A stretch of 64,000 nt of DNA from Octopus sinensis (taxonomy: Eukaryota): contig NC_043000.1 in NCBI RefSeq assembly GCF_006345805.1, forward strand, positions 15,810,001 through 15,874,000, read 5' to 3'. Below are positions 1-12,417 of the stretch, in pieces; position 1 is the stretch's first letter; each line of letters opens with the position of its first letter. The notes below the pieces were generated by a model. It worked only from the letters and a program-made list of their open reading frames with translations. It was not told where the DNA came from and ran no database searches. The position numbers and the translations under genes were made by a program.

Positions 1-144
1 GCAACTCATTTCTACAGCTGAGTGAACTGGAGCAACGTGAAATAAAGTGCCTTGCTCAAGAACACAACACCCAGCCCGGTCCGGGATTCGAGCTCACAAC
101 CTCACGATCGTAAGCTCGACGCTCTAACCACTGAGCCATATATA

Positions 145-386
145 TATATGTATGTATGTGTGTGTATATGTTTGTGTGTCTGTGTTTGTCCCCCCCCCCA
201 CAACATTGCTTGACAACCAATGCTGGTGTGTTTACGTCCCCGTAGCTTAGCGGTTCGGCAAAAGAGACCCGATAGAATAAGTACTAGGCTTACAAAGAAT
301 AGGTCCTGGGGTCGATTTGCTCGACTAAAGGTGGTGCTCCAGCATGGCCACAGTCAAATGACTGAAACAAGTAAAAGAGTAAAAGA
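145..386 (+). mobile_element. SINE family A, 3' half
   Basis: Ends ggtggtgctccagcatggccacagtcaaatgactgaaacaagtaaaagag; many copies in the window. Confidence 0.85.
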
Positions 387-1018
387 TGTGGTGTTGTAGT
401 GTTTGGTTGAGTGAATAAAAAGTTGACAGCTTGTCGGTTGCACTGAATAAGACAGTTTAACTTCTGATACTTTGTTTACTTGACGACGGAGCATGCAAAG
501 AGCAAGTGAGAAAATAACTCTGTAACGATGAGAAGGTGAAAGGAATGGGTGATTCTCTAAACATTGATGAATTGGTTAATAGCCTGTAGTACTGAGATCA
601 AACTTTCCACGTATAGATAAGTAAATGGTATAGATTGGAAAAAGAAATGGATAGCAGTAATAGTATTTTATGGTATCATATGTCTTTGGTATTAATAGTT
701 GTTAGTGCATCTCATCCAATATATTCAACCATCAATAAATTAAGTGCCTCAGTTTATGCCCCATTATTTGCTTGATTGATTGCTTTCTTCATAAGAGCCA
801 CTGGTAGTTTAGAAACAACCGAACCAGTGTGTGTAGATTTTACTTTCTTATTGATGATTAACTAACCAAAATGAATCTTTTTCCCCCTCTAGTAAAGTTG
901 CTCTTTTAGTAAATTGTTTCGATAACAAGTACATGACCCAGCTCCAATCGACATATCGTAAAATGAGAAGGCTATGGGTTTATATAGAAAAAGAGACATG
1001 GCCATCGTCGTCATCACC

Positions 1019-1050
<32 letters not shown>

Positions 1051-1474
1051 TGTTGCTTTAATATCCACTTTTCCATCCTTGCATGGGTCAGATGGTGTTT
1101 GTTGAGGCGATTTTTCTACACCAGGATGCCCTTTCTGTCACCAACCCTTTCACCTGTTTCCATGCAAGGTAAATATTTCCCAATGGCCAGACATGATATT
1201 TTTGACAGCTTACTGGAAATGAATAACACTGCTAGTATGATGATGATGATGATGATGCTCATTTACATTCATCATGTGATACCAAGGCATAAGTACAGAG
1301 CTCTTCCTATCAGGTTGATGACTACATAGACACTTCCTCTTTGGTCTATTGTTAGTGTTATTGTTATTGCTATTATAGTGCCTGTTGTGGATGCTATGTC
1401 AGTAAAAATAACAGAAGCAACAAACCAGGTCAATCCAGATCATTGATATTGTTTTGGTTCTTCTAAGATTAAAT

Positions 1475-1812
1475 GTGTTCCACATTTTAGCCACCTTTGG
1501 GGCCACTAAGGTTGATGTACAGACTGTGTCCACATGGGCTTTTAACATGGACCTCCACATATAAGAAGTAAGTGACTAGTGCTTCTACTTGCTTGCAGAA
1601 GAAGTTAGAGAGGCAGTAACCTCACTTTGATTATTTCCCTGGCTGCTGTTGCAGTGTTCCACATTTTAGCCACATTTGGGGCCACTAAGGTTGTTGTCCA
1701 CATGGGCTTTTAACATGGACCTCCACATATAAGCAGTAAGTGTACGAGTGCTTCTACTTGCTTGCAGAAGAAGTTAGAGAAGCAGTAACTTCACTTCCCT
1801 GGCTGCTGTTGC
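1475..1812. repeat. Tandem duplication of about 160-180 bp
   Basis: 1475-1652 and 1654-1812 are near-identical apart from two small indels and a few substitutions. Confidence 0.92.
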
Positions 1813-1857
1813 TGATTGTTGCTGTTGATGTTTAGCAACTACCGGCTGGATAGTTGG

Positions 1858-2400
1858 TTAGTGCTGCTCCTCAATCACCACCTGCTTTTCTGCCATCCTC
1901 AGCCATCTCTCCCACACCTTGAGTGCCAGTCTGGGCTCCTTTGCAATCGCCTCGGGGTCCGTCAGCTGACCGCAGATCGACGGATGGATAGCTGGGTACT
2001 CCAACATCATGTGTTCTCCCATTTCTTCACCCATTTTGCAATAGCGGCAAATAGATTCCTCAATTCTTCCAATCTTGTGCTGCCAGCTTCTCAAATCCGG
2101 ATGGTGGTCGCTTTGTAATCTGTTAAGCGTGACTTGTTCTTGGCGAGTCAACTGTTGTTCCTTGATGTGATTGGGCTTTTCTCCTCTTTCACCATAAACC
2201 TTTCGCATTCCTGCTGTTGCTGATGATATGTCCTGCCCATTTGCGCTGGTGGAAAATTGGTTTGGGCTTTGGCTCCCTGCAGTCCTTCACCATGTGCAGA
2301 CCTAGACACCTGAAACACTGGCCTTTAAATGGTCGTGGCTGCACCATGAAGGCTCTTCTCTCTTTGTTTTTCATTGATCGCCACCTGCTGCTGTAGGAGT
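1858..2400 (-). mobile_element. Internally deleted I-group-like non-LTR retrotransposon remnant
   Basis: Zinc-knuckle segment CFRCLGLHMVKDC (2189-2374) directly followed by an ORF2 C-terminal segment RQEQVTLNRLQSDHH...CRYC...EHMMLEYP (1858-2208). Confidence 0.65.
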
Positions 2401-2426
2401 CTTGTTGTTCATTCAGTCATAGCATA

Positions 2427-2650
2427 TCTAGGACTATATTATCCATGTATCAGGACAATTACCCACCGAGGACAATTACCCCCCCCCCATCCCAATAGGA
2501 TAATTCTCCCCGATGACAACTACCCCCTAGGACAATTAACCCCCTTGGTTAATTACCCCCTCTCCAATATATTAAATCATCATCTGTTGTCCTCAGGGGC
2601 AATTGTCCTTGTGGGGGGGGTTATTGTCCATGAAGGGTAAATGTCCTAGA
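2427..2650. mobile_element. Putative MITE with iterated GGACAATTACCCCC motifs
   Basis: Terminal tctaggac / gtcctaga; motif copies in direct orientation on the left and inverted on the right. Confidence 0.6.
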
Positions 2651-3978
2651 CTTATTTTCCAAAGTAACATACCTTTTTTTTAAAAAAAAATAGTAGTGCA
2701 CGATTTGAGAGAGATTTGGTTGTTATTTCTAGCAGGCCAAGTACCCACATAGAAACTCCCTTCTACCTTGTCTGACTTGTTTGCTCAAAGGGCTCCCTAA
2801 TTCTGCCAGCACATACACATAAGAAATATATATTTAATTAACAACCTAACTGACTCAGCCTCGTCATATGTTTAAGATTTTCCAATTAGTTATTTTATTC
2901 TTTGTATTTTTTTAATTTTTATTATCATTAAGAAGTAAATGGAAGTAAAAAATAAAAACATAAATGAAATAACAAATTTAAAGATCTTACCCCAAAACAC
3001 ATGTAAAGTAGCTAGCAGACATCAAAGCACTACATTACTCCTTCTCTCAGGAAGAAGTAGCATATCCCCCTTTTATACCAATTCTTCATTATTAAACTAT
3101 CATCATCATCATCAGCATCATCATCATCATCATCATCATCATCGCCGCTTAACGTCCGCTTTCCATGCTAGCATGGGTTGGATGGTTCGACTGGGGTCTG
3201 GGTAGCCAGGAGGTGCACCAGACCCAGTCTGATCTGGCAGTGTTTCTACAGCTGGATGCCCTTCCGAACGCCAACCACTCCATGAGTGTTGTGGGTGCTT
3301 TTTACGTACCACCGGCACGGTACCAGGCGAGGTTGGCAATTGCCACGATCGGTTGGTGCTTTTTATGTGCCACTGGCCTGCTCACTAAATTACTTGGAAG
3401 CAACAACTTTGGCTTCAAAACAGAAATTAGCAACCATCTAAACATCTTAATTTTCCATTAAGAAAACTTTTCAGATTCTCTGAGAAAGCTTCCAAATAGT
3501 AAACATAATTTAGTGTACAAACAAACAGGAAATTTCTACTAAATTTGCTTTAGTGTTTGAGATTTTTAAAAATGCAATAAAGAATCAAGTAAAAAAAAAA
3601 AAAAAGTCTGTGGCTGAATCATCAAAATTTTAGTACAACTGTTTAAAATGTCTTCTAGACACACCCGAAGGTTTTTAGTTTTAATTTGTTATTTTATCTT
3701 CAATCCAATTCTTTTAATAATGAAAAGTTTGTCTTAGATTACCAGTGAATTTCAAATTATATATGGGTTATAGAAATACTTTTGGAATTCTTCATAAAAA
3801 TTCTTCTGGTTACAAAAACAAAACAAAAATTAAACAGAAACCAAGGTTTTGCTGAACACATGTACTTGTGGCATGCCTATGGTATGATGTATTTATGAAA
3901 AAACTGTATTTTTTATGAGTATTTGTGTGTGTTGTGTGTATGCTATGTGTATGATGTGATATGTATATATTTATATGA

Positions 3979-4072
3979 GCAGTACATAATCTAAAATTGG
4001 AATGATACATAGAAGATTAACATGGCCCCTGTGCAAGGATGACACACAAATTCATGAAGCGTTCCATATTTT
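3979..4072 (+). pseudogene. U6 snRNA pseudogene, 5'-truncated
   Basis: gcagtacataatctaaaattggaatgatacatagaagattaacatggcccctgtgcaaggatgacacacaaattcatgaagcgttccatatttt aligns to conserved U6. About 13 nt are missing at the 5' end, the ACAGAGA box reads ACATAGA, and 4 of 5 reference CpGs are mutated. Confidence 0.92.
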
Positions 4073-4075
4073 CTT

Positions 4076-4733
4076 AAGGCAGCAAGCTGGCAGAAACGTT
4101 AGCATGCTGGGTGAAATGCTTAGCGGTATAAGGTGGCGAGCTGGCAGAATCATTAGCACGCCAGGCGAAATGCTTAGCGGTATTTCATCTGTCTTTACAT
4201 TCTGAGTTCAAATTCCACCGAGGTCAACTTTGCCTTTCATCCTTTCGGGGTCGATAAATTAAGTACCAGTTAAGCACTGGGGTCAATATAATCGACTTAA
4301 TACCTATGTCTGTCCATGTTTGTCCCCTCTATGTTTAGCCCCTTGTGGGTAATAAAGAAATAGGTATTTCGTTTGTCTTTACATTCTGAGTTCAAATTCC
4401 ACCGAGGTCAACTTTGCCTTTCATCCTTTCGGGGTCGATAAATTAAGTACCAGTTATGCACTGGGGTTGATGTAATCGACTTAATCCGTTTGTCCTTGTT
4501 TGTCCCCTCTGTGTTTAACCCCTTGTGTGTAGTAAAGAAATAGGTATTTCATCTGTCTTTACGTTCTGAGTTCAAATTCTGCCGAGGTCAACTTTGCCTT
4601 TCATCCTATCGGGGTAGTTTAAATAAGTACCAGTTACACACTGGGGTCGATATAATTGACTTAATCCGTTTGTCTGTCCTTGTTTGTCCCCTCTGTGTTT
4701 AGCCCCTTGTAGGTAGTAAAGAAATAGGTATTC
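4076..4733 (+). mobile_element. SINE family B with duplicated head and three tandem body units
   Basis: Head ggcgagctggcagaa, B-box gagttcaaattcc, central gcctttcatcctttcggggtcgataaattaagtacc (resembles the Meta-SINE domain as I recall it). About 180-bp unit x3. Confidence 0.9.
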
Positions 4734-6022
4734 ATTGTGATGCATATGTAGTGAGTGTGTAGCAATCAAAGGCATTCAAGCATGACCATCTTGTCTCTTT
4801 CATAATTATTGATACAATAAGCGCAAGGACATGTTACCTAATATGTCCTCTTTTAAAACAATAGGGTGTAATTTATGAAGGATTTGGCTACTATTTCTAG
4901 AAGATCAAGTGGCCACATAGCAATGTGCCTTGTGATGTATGTGTGTGTATGTATAATAATGTTTTGTGTGTGTGTGTTGTGCAAAGGGGAAATGTAATAA
5001 AATACAAGATAAGGTAAAATATTCAATCTGAGTATTGTGTTTTGGAGGGCCTGTGAAGGCCTAGGGCACTGATCCTTCCCAATCCTGACTTGTTAAGGAA
5101 CCTAACAAATTACATTTGTATTCTGTTGCACCTTTAGATGTCTGTTGTTGTTATTGTTGTTGTTGCTGTTGTTGTTATTGTTGTTGTTGAAAATTTGCTG
5201 GATTTACTTGAGAGAACTCACCCCCTCCACCATCACAATTGTCTTGAGAAGTCTTTTAATTTTGATATATAGCATTTTGGTATATATATGGAGACCCCCT
5301 TTGGTCATGAATGACCATGGAATTGCATCTAGAAAGTTACCCTCTGAGGCTCAAGTCCAGGCAAGGTTGTTTATGGAAGGCCAGCAGTTGCCCATGCATA
5401 CCAGTCTCCACTCTCCAAGCCACTGATGTTATCCAAGGGAAAGGCAAAGGGGCCAATACAGCTTGGCACCAGTGATGTCGCAACTCATTTCTACAGCTGA
5501 ATGAACTGGAGCAACGTGAAACAGATTAGGGGGTAAAAAAGACTGTACTATCTATATGGCATTGAGATGGCCATTCAGCCATAGAAGCCAAACCAAAGCA
5601 GGCATTGGAGCAAGATGCAGTCCTTAGGCCCATCTGATTCTATCAAACTATTCAACTTATGCCAGCATGGAACATGGACATTAAATGGTGATGATGATGA
5701 TGAAGATGATGATGATGATGCTGATGATGAGGATGATATATATGTCAACATGTACAACCTGTTACTCTGAAGAATGAGGAATTGTTAAATAATGGGTATT
5801 ACATCCCTTTCTTTTTACCAGCAACTAACCTCTAGAAACAGCTGTTGGTACCCTAATTTAATTAATTTTAGCTATCCTGCATTTTAACTTCTCTCCTCCT
5901 TGTATATTTTATTTTGCTTTCTGCACCACTTCAGATTTTCCTCAACACTTTTACAAATACATGAATGCTTTAAATGTAAATTTGTCTGCATCTGGAGATT
6001 TTTAAAAAATTCATTATCTTAT

Positions 6023-6389
6023 AGGTATAGGAGTGACTGTGTGGTAAGTAGCTTGCTTACCAACCACATGGTTCCAGGTTCAGTCCCACTGCATGGCACC
6101 TTGGGCAAATGTCTTCTACTTTAGCCTCGGGCCAATCAAAGCCTTGTGAGTGGATTTGGTAGACGGAAACTGAAAGAAGCCCGTCGTATATATGTATATA
6201 TATGTTTATGTGTCTGTGTTTGTCGCCCCCAACATCGCTTGACAACCGACGCTGGTATGTTTACTTCCCCATAACTTAGCGTTTCGGCAAAAGAGACCGA
6301 TAGAATAAGTACTAGACTTACAACGAATAAGTCCTGGTGCTCCAGCATGGCCACAGTCAAATGACTGAAACAAGTAAAAGAGTAAAGAG
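6023..6389 (+). mobile_element. SINE family A (tRNA head, CORE-like block, (TA/TG)n, CR1-type tail)
   Basis: Head ggagtgactgtgtggtaag...ggttcagtccc, ccttgggcaa block, (GTAAAAGA)n tail. Confidence 0.9.
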
Positions 6390-6674
6390 TTATATATATT
6401 TCTAATATATTTGTTTACTTACAGATTTTTTTTTTTAAATGTCTATGTATTTAAGTATTTTTCATCTATCAGGTACACTTGTTCTTTAAATCCATCTGAA
6501 ATCAGAGTCATGTTTGTGAATTAAATTACCAGGTTTTACATTTCCTCATATTACATATTTTTATCTTTTGCCTCAAGTTACTCTTGAGCACTTCTAAGTG
6601 CAAACCTTAACAACCTTGTGAGAGAATTCCTAATTAATCTTATTTTCTTTCAAAGCAATATGTATGTGTGTGTG

Positions 6675-6721
<47 letters not shown>

Positions 6722-6797
6722 CTGTGTGTGTGTGACTGTGTGAATGTGTGTATATATATATATATATATAGAGAGAGAGATATATAGAGATATATAT

Positions 6798-6836
<39 letters not shown>

Positions 6837-6889
6837 CATATATATATATTTACATATATATATATATAATAATAATAATAATAATATTG

Positions 6890-7710
6890 GGGAATATGAT
6901 TCCAAACTTACAGGGAAAAATTCAATTTAGTAATACTAAATCAAATTTCACAATAAATAATATATGTATATAAATTAGAGAAGAACCACCATGTAGCAAT
7001 TCAACAATGATATAATTAAATCCTACCATATAGAAAAAAATTAAAAACATGATAAAACATTTACCTAGTATATATTTTATATATATACTGTTTATTTATT
7101 ATTTTGTACTTTATTTAGTTCTAGGTAAATGTTTTATCGTATTTTTATTTTTTTTCTATATGGTATGATTTAAGTATATCATTGTTCAATTGCTTCATGG
7201 TGGTTCTTCTCTAATTTATAGGGATTATATTTATTTATAGAGATTATTTTAGATCTTAATTATAATATTTATGTACATTTATATATTTTCCTTGATAATT
7301 TATATATTATTTAAATTTTATATTTTAATAATATGAATAGTCATTTTTTTGTAAAGTATTTATGTAATTAGATATTGACTATTACTGATATTAGATTATT
7401 GGTGGGTTTCTTACCTTAAAAATTAATACTTAAAAATTAAAATTAATATTTAACATTATAATCGTTGTTTTGACATAATCATAATCGTTAAGTTTCTAGT
7501 TTGATAATAGAGTTTTTTATAAGAAAATTTATTATATTATTTATTTCTTAAAAAATATTGTTTAAATATTTCTGATTATTTATTAAAATATTACAATTAA
7601 CCTGAAGATTGACTGTAACCATAATTCAAATTATTAATTGTATTTAAATTATTATTATTGTTATTCGAATTGGTTATGGGCATGAAACGATCGTAGTGTT
7701 TTTACTCTTT
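6890..7710 (+). mobile_element. Penelope-like terminal region: inverted segment plus hammerhead-bearing repeat next to (TA)n
   Basis: About 100-bp imperfect inverted repeat (6968-7068 vs 7121-7220) and a hammerhead-like motif at 7598-7698. Classification rests on architecture only. Confidence 0.55.
7598..7698 (+). ncRNA. Degenerate hammerhead-like motif with long AT-rich stem II insertion
   Basis: CTGAAGA at 7602-7608 and GAAA-CGATCG-TA-GTG at 7684-7698. taaccataattc and gaattggtta pair in stem II; stem I is weak. Confidence 0.5.
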
Positions 7711-7765
7711 ATCTTATATTAAACTTTTAATACTTTTTGATAGTTTAAAATAAAAAAAAAAAATA

Positions 7766-8149
7766 TGTGTGGTAAGTAGCTTGTTTACCAACCACATGGT
7801 TCCGGGTTCAGTCACACTGCGTGGCACTTTGGGCAAGTGTCTTCTGCTATAGCCTCGGGCCAACCAATGCCCTGTGAGTGGATTTGGTAGACGGAAACTG
7901 AAAGAAGCCTGTCGTATATATGTATATATATATATGTGTGTGTGTGTGTGTTTGTGTGTCTGTGTTTGCCCCCCTAGCATTGCTTGACAACCGATGCTGG
8001 TGTGTTTACGTCCCCGTAGCTTAGCGGTTTGGCAAAAGAGACCAATAGAATAAGTACTGAGCTTACAAAGAATATGTTCCAGGGTCAATTTACTCGACTA
8101 AAGGCGGTGCTCCAGCATGGCGACAGTCAAATGACTGAAACAAGTAAAA
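7766..8149 (+). mobile_element. SINE family A
   Basis: Near full-length match to 62327-62745. Confidence 0.9.
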
Positions 8150-8173
8150 TTTAAAAAATTTTTTATATATTGT

Positions 8174-8500
8174 GAAGGCACATAGCTTAGTGGTTAGGGG
8201 CATTCGGCTCATGATCGTAAGATCATGAGTTCAATTCCTGGTGGCATGTTGTGTCCTTGAGCAAGACACTTTATTTTCACATTGCTCCAGTCCACTCAGC
8301 TGGCAAAAATGAGTTGTACCTGTATTTCAAAGGGCGAGCCTTGTCCCACTCTGTGTCATGCTGAATCTCCCCGAGAACTATGTGTTAAGGGTACACGTGT
8401 TTGTGGAGTGCTCAGCCACTTGTACGTTAATTTCACGAACAGGCTGTTAACATAGATCGTATCAGCTGGGACCCTTGTTGTCGCAACCGATGGAGTGCTC
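8174..8500 (+). mobile_element. SINE with a variant head and the family C tail
   Basis: Head with ttgagcaagacact...ctccagtccactcagctg; tail matches family C. Confidence 0.8.
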
Positions 8501-8501
8501 C

Positions 8502-8532
<31 letters not shown>

Positions 8533-9454
8533 GCACTCACAATCACAAGATTGCAGTTTCAATTCCCAGCTTATATGGTGCATTATGTTCTTAAGCAAAG
8601 CATTTCATTTAACTTTGCTACAGTCCACTCAGCTGTAAAATAGTCATTCTGCAATGGTACTGGTGTCCTGTTAAGGATGACAAGTCATAATCTTAGCCAC
8701 TTATATGCCATAGGCCTGCCCACCTAGCCAGGAGAGTAGCATCATTTGAAAGCTACAACAAGGCAAGGAATCACATCGTGACCAGCAGTGTATCTGATAG
8801 TCTAATCAATACAGTGGTGTGTGTGTGAGTGTGTGTGTGTATGTGTGTGCGTCTCTGCCTGTCTGTGTCTGTGTGCGTGCTTCAGTGTGTATGTATGTGC
8901 TCACCCTTGTCCTAATATCACACAACAGTTGTAAACGAACATCACTTCAAATATGCTTCAGGCATATTTGAGCCCATAAGAAAGCCATTCTCTGAATTTT
9001 GTTATGGAGAAAATTTCTCGCTGTAGACTACCAGGTTCAGTCCCACTGCGTGGCACCTTGTGAGTGGATTTGGTAGACGGAAACTGAAAGAAGCATATAT
9101 ATGTATGTATGTATGTATGTATGTGTATTTGTTCTTTTTCTTTTTAATTTAGAGTTAATTTTGAATGGCAGCCTACTTAGTAGCAAGGTTCTGAAGAAAA
9201 ACATCTTTTGTTTGTCATGTTTTAAATCTTGAGATCTATGTATCATAAGATAATTAATTTTGAGTAGGACTTCAAGTTTACTTAACCAGGATGGTTGAAT
9301 AAACCATCAGATGAAACTTGAAGTCCCATATGAAACTAATTTTATAATAAATTTTGACTTAACTTTTAGTATTGCGTTCACTTCCATCACTCAATGTTTA
9401 GTTGCTATTTTAAAAATTCCTTTAAACCAACAACCACAAAATGAACATATTTGG

Positions 9455-9835
9455 AGGCACTCCGTCGGTTACGACGATGAGGGTTCCGGTTGATCCGAAT
9501 CAACGGAACAGCCTGCTCGTGAAATTAACGTGTAAGTGGCTGAGCACTCCACAGACACGTGTACCCTTAACGTAGTTCTCGGGGATATTCAGCGTGACAC
9601 AGAGAGTGACAAGGCTGGCCCTTTGAAATACAGGTACAACAGAAACAGGAAGAAAGAATGAGAAAAAGTTGTGGTGAAAGAGTACAGCAGGGATCACCAC
9701 CATCCCCTGCTGGAGCCTTGTGGAGCTTTAGGTGTTTTCGCTCAATAAACACTCACAACGCCTGGTCTGGGAATCAAAACCACGATCTTATGACCCTGAG
9801 TCCGCTGCCCTAACCACTGGGCCATTGCGCCTCCA
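9455..9835 (-). mobile_element. SINE family C
   Basis: tRNA-like head on the minus strand; flanking direct repeat cacaaaatgaacat. Confidence 0.9.
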
Positions 9836-10624
9836 CAAAATGAACATTTAATATGGCACACAATTGCACACATATTCACACATACAAACTCTATATTATT
9901 CACAGCCCACACATATATAAATCTGACAGGCAAAAATATTTGAGCTCAAATTGGGAGTTGTTGAAAATCCACGTATCTGAACATATTAAAGTTATTAAAG
10001 TAAACTCAACATATTAAAGTTATTGGAATACAATGTGGTAGAAGCAAGATAAGAATTTTTAATTGCATTATTTTTCAGTTTTAAAATATCTCAGTATTAT
10101 GTTATCAGTCTCTCCTCAAACCTCTTCCGCTGTCTATTTTTTTTTTTAAACATGAGCATTGTTTATACATAGCAGCTATGTTTTGCGATAGTATTTACAT
10201 TAGTCCACCCCACCACAACTAAACATAACTGACAACTTCCTTACAACTTCTTAAAGACTTTTATATACATCTCTCTCTACATAGTGCTATGGCAAGAGTC
10301 TTGGCAACTGCTCTATCTTCCCCCACCCCCATCCACAGCCTTTCAACACCTGGCATTCAGCCACCCCACCTCCACCTCCCCTTCCCGAATACTTAAGTAG
10401 GGAGCTTTTTCCTTTTCCTTTTCCTTTCTTCTTTTCTGACTTGCAAGTTACATGGCAACCTCACTTGTGCCAGTGGCTCAAGAAAAAAAAACAAAAAAAC
10501 ACCCAGTACACCCTGTAAATTGGTTGGCATTAGGAAGGGCATCAAACCATAGAAATCATGAAACCATGCCAAAGACAATAGGAACGGTGGTGACAAACTT
10601 TTTAATAGATTGCATAGCCTGTCA

Positions 10625-11100
10625 TATGTATGTATGTCAGTATTCAGTTTATTTCAAGATTTATTGCCAATAGAGAAAGAACTGGTTTCTGACCTAGATC
10701 CAAGACTCCTTCAATGGAATTTCAACATCAACAACAGGGTATGTATGTATGTATGTATGTATGTATGTATGTAGTATGTATGTATGTATTGTGTGCAGGT
10801 TTGTATGTTTTATGTATGTATTCTCATCCATATAGTTGCATATCTAGACATGCTCATATATATTTAAATGATAAACTTCTGGAAAGTTTTACAGATTTAT
10901 ACAGTTCCAGTGATGGACTGGATCTGTAGTCCTTAAATTAGCTTTCCCCTTTCTGTTTTTGAGAAGCCTAATTTCTCAAGATTGGTATTAAGGCAGTGTG
11001 TTACATATCCCAGGGCTCCGATAATTACAGGTATAAACCTGAACTTGTAACCTGGAGAGCTTGCATTTGGCAAAATTCATAAACAAATAATAGCCACTGG
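10625..11100 (-). mobile_element. 3' end of an R4/Dong-like (RLE-type) non-LTR retrotransposon
   Basis: Minus strand PGYKFRFIPVIIGALGYVTHCLNTNLEKLGF...LQIQSITGTV*ICKTFQKF*, then a 3' UTR ending in (TACA)n. Confidence 0.65.
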
Positions 11101-11513
11101 TTCAACCTGCATACACTACACTATCATATTTTTGCACTATGTGATTACTACCTTATATAGTAGGGGTGGGGATGGCGTAAGCCTTTAGAAGTGTTCATGG
11201 GAGACAACCAAAGGATGACAGAGGATAGGAACTTCCAGTGCAGGTGGAGGGGGTTTGAGTGCCGGCATATCGCCAACTAGCAGCTTGGACGAGATAGAGA
11301 GCATCTCCTGGACACGTATTCTTTTGGTGGAGGTGTTAAGAATCGAGTAAGGGAGTCAGTGTGCATGCGTGTGCTAGTTTATATAGAGTGGTGGTGTTGG
11401 TGGTGGTGGTAGTGAAGGAAGTAGGAAGTCTTGGCAAGGCGATTGGTAATCGAAAGAGAGAGACACAGGCAAAGTTAGATGTATGTGTGTGTCTGTGTTT
11501 GTCCCCCCAATAT

Positions 11514-11780
11514 CGTGGAAGAAGGTTTATGTTCCTATAACCTGTGTTAATTCTGTAACCCTTTAAAATGGAAGAAAAGAAAGTTCATTTTTGGCACTTG
11601 ATGCTTTGGGAACCAGACAAAAATTGCTGCAGCTCAGCTAGGATGTGTTACCCCACCCTCCATATTCACCAGATATTGCTCCTTCGGATTTCCACTTATT
11701 CAGGGCTCTACAGAATAGTCTTAATGGTAAAAATTCCAATTCTTTGGATGACATAAAAAGATACCTTGATGAATTCTTTG
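11514..11780 (+). mobile_element. TIR-less mariner internal fragment embedded in a family A SINE
   Basis: Only 3 mismatches by eye against 12878-13143; includes the YSPDIAPSD coding stretch. Confidence 0.88.
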
Positions 11781-12417
11781 TGGTGTGTTTACATCCCCAT
11801 AACTTAGCAGTTCGGCAAAAGAGACCGATAGAATAAGTACTAGGCTTACAAAGAATAAGTCCTGGGGTCGATTTGCTCGACTAAAGGCGGCACTCCAGCA
11901 TGGCCGCAGTCAAATGACTGAAACAAGAAAAGAGTGAAAGAGAATACATATAAACAACAGACTGGAGAGCAAGGCTGTTCTGAAATTGTTATTCTTGAAT
12001 CTTATACATTGTTTGTCGCTCTTGTCTAGCTCTGGTCAAACAAACCTTTGTTCCAGTTATAGCCATCCCTTTTTTTCATTTTCAATGTCATACTTCCTTT
12101 TTTAAGATGATCAAGTGAGATCAATTTTACTGCTATTGCTTGTTTTTCATCTGACCACATAGTGACCCCCTTCTTGACTCATATATATTGTTTACTTACT
12201 AAAGTGATACTAAACATATTTAGATAAAATGTTTTCAGGAGTGTTTAGGTTAAATTTTGAATTAATTAGTAATTACTGAATAATTAGTTGTCTATTTCCT
12301 TTGGTTTTAATTACCTTTATAAGCAGAATGATGTTCCCCATTAATTATATTTATCCTACAAATTCTTGAGCACATCAGGTTGGTACCCCACCAGTGTTTT
12401 ATAATCCATTGAAAAGG

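Noticed and set aside
3979-4072. Functional U6 snRNA gene
   Set aside because: The 5' stem-loop is missing, the ACAGAGA box is mutated, CpGs are decayed, and I recognise no upstream promoter; called a pseudogene.
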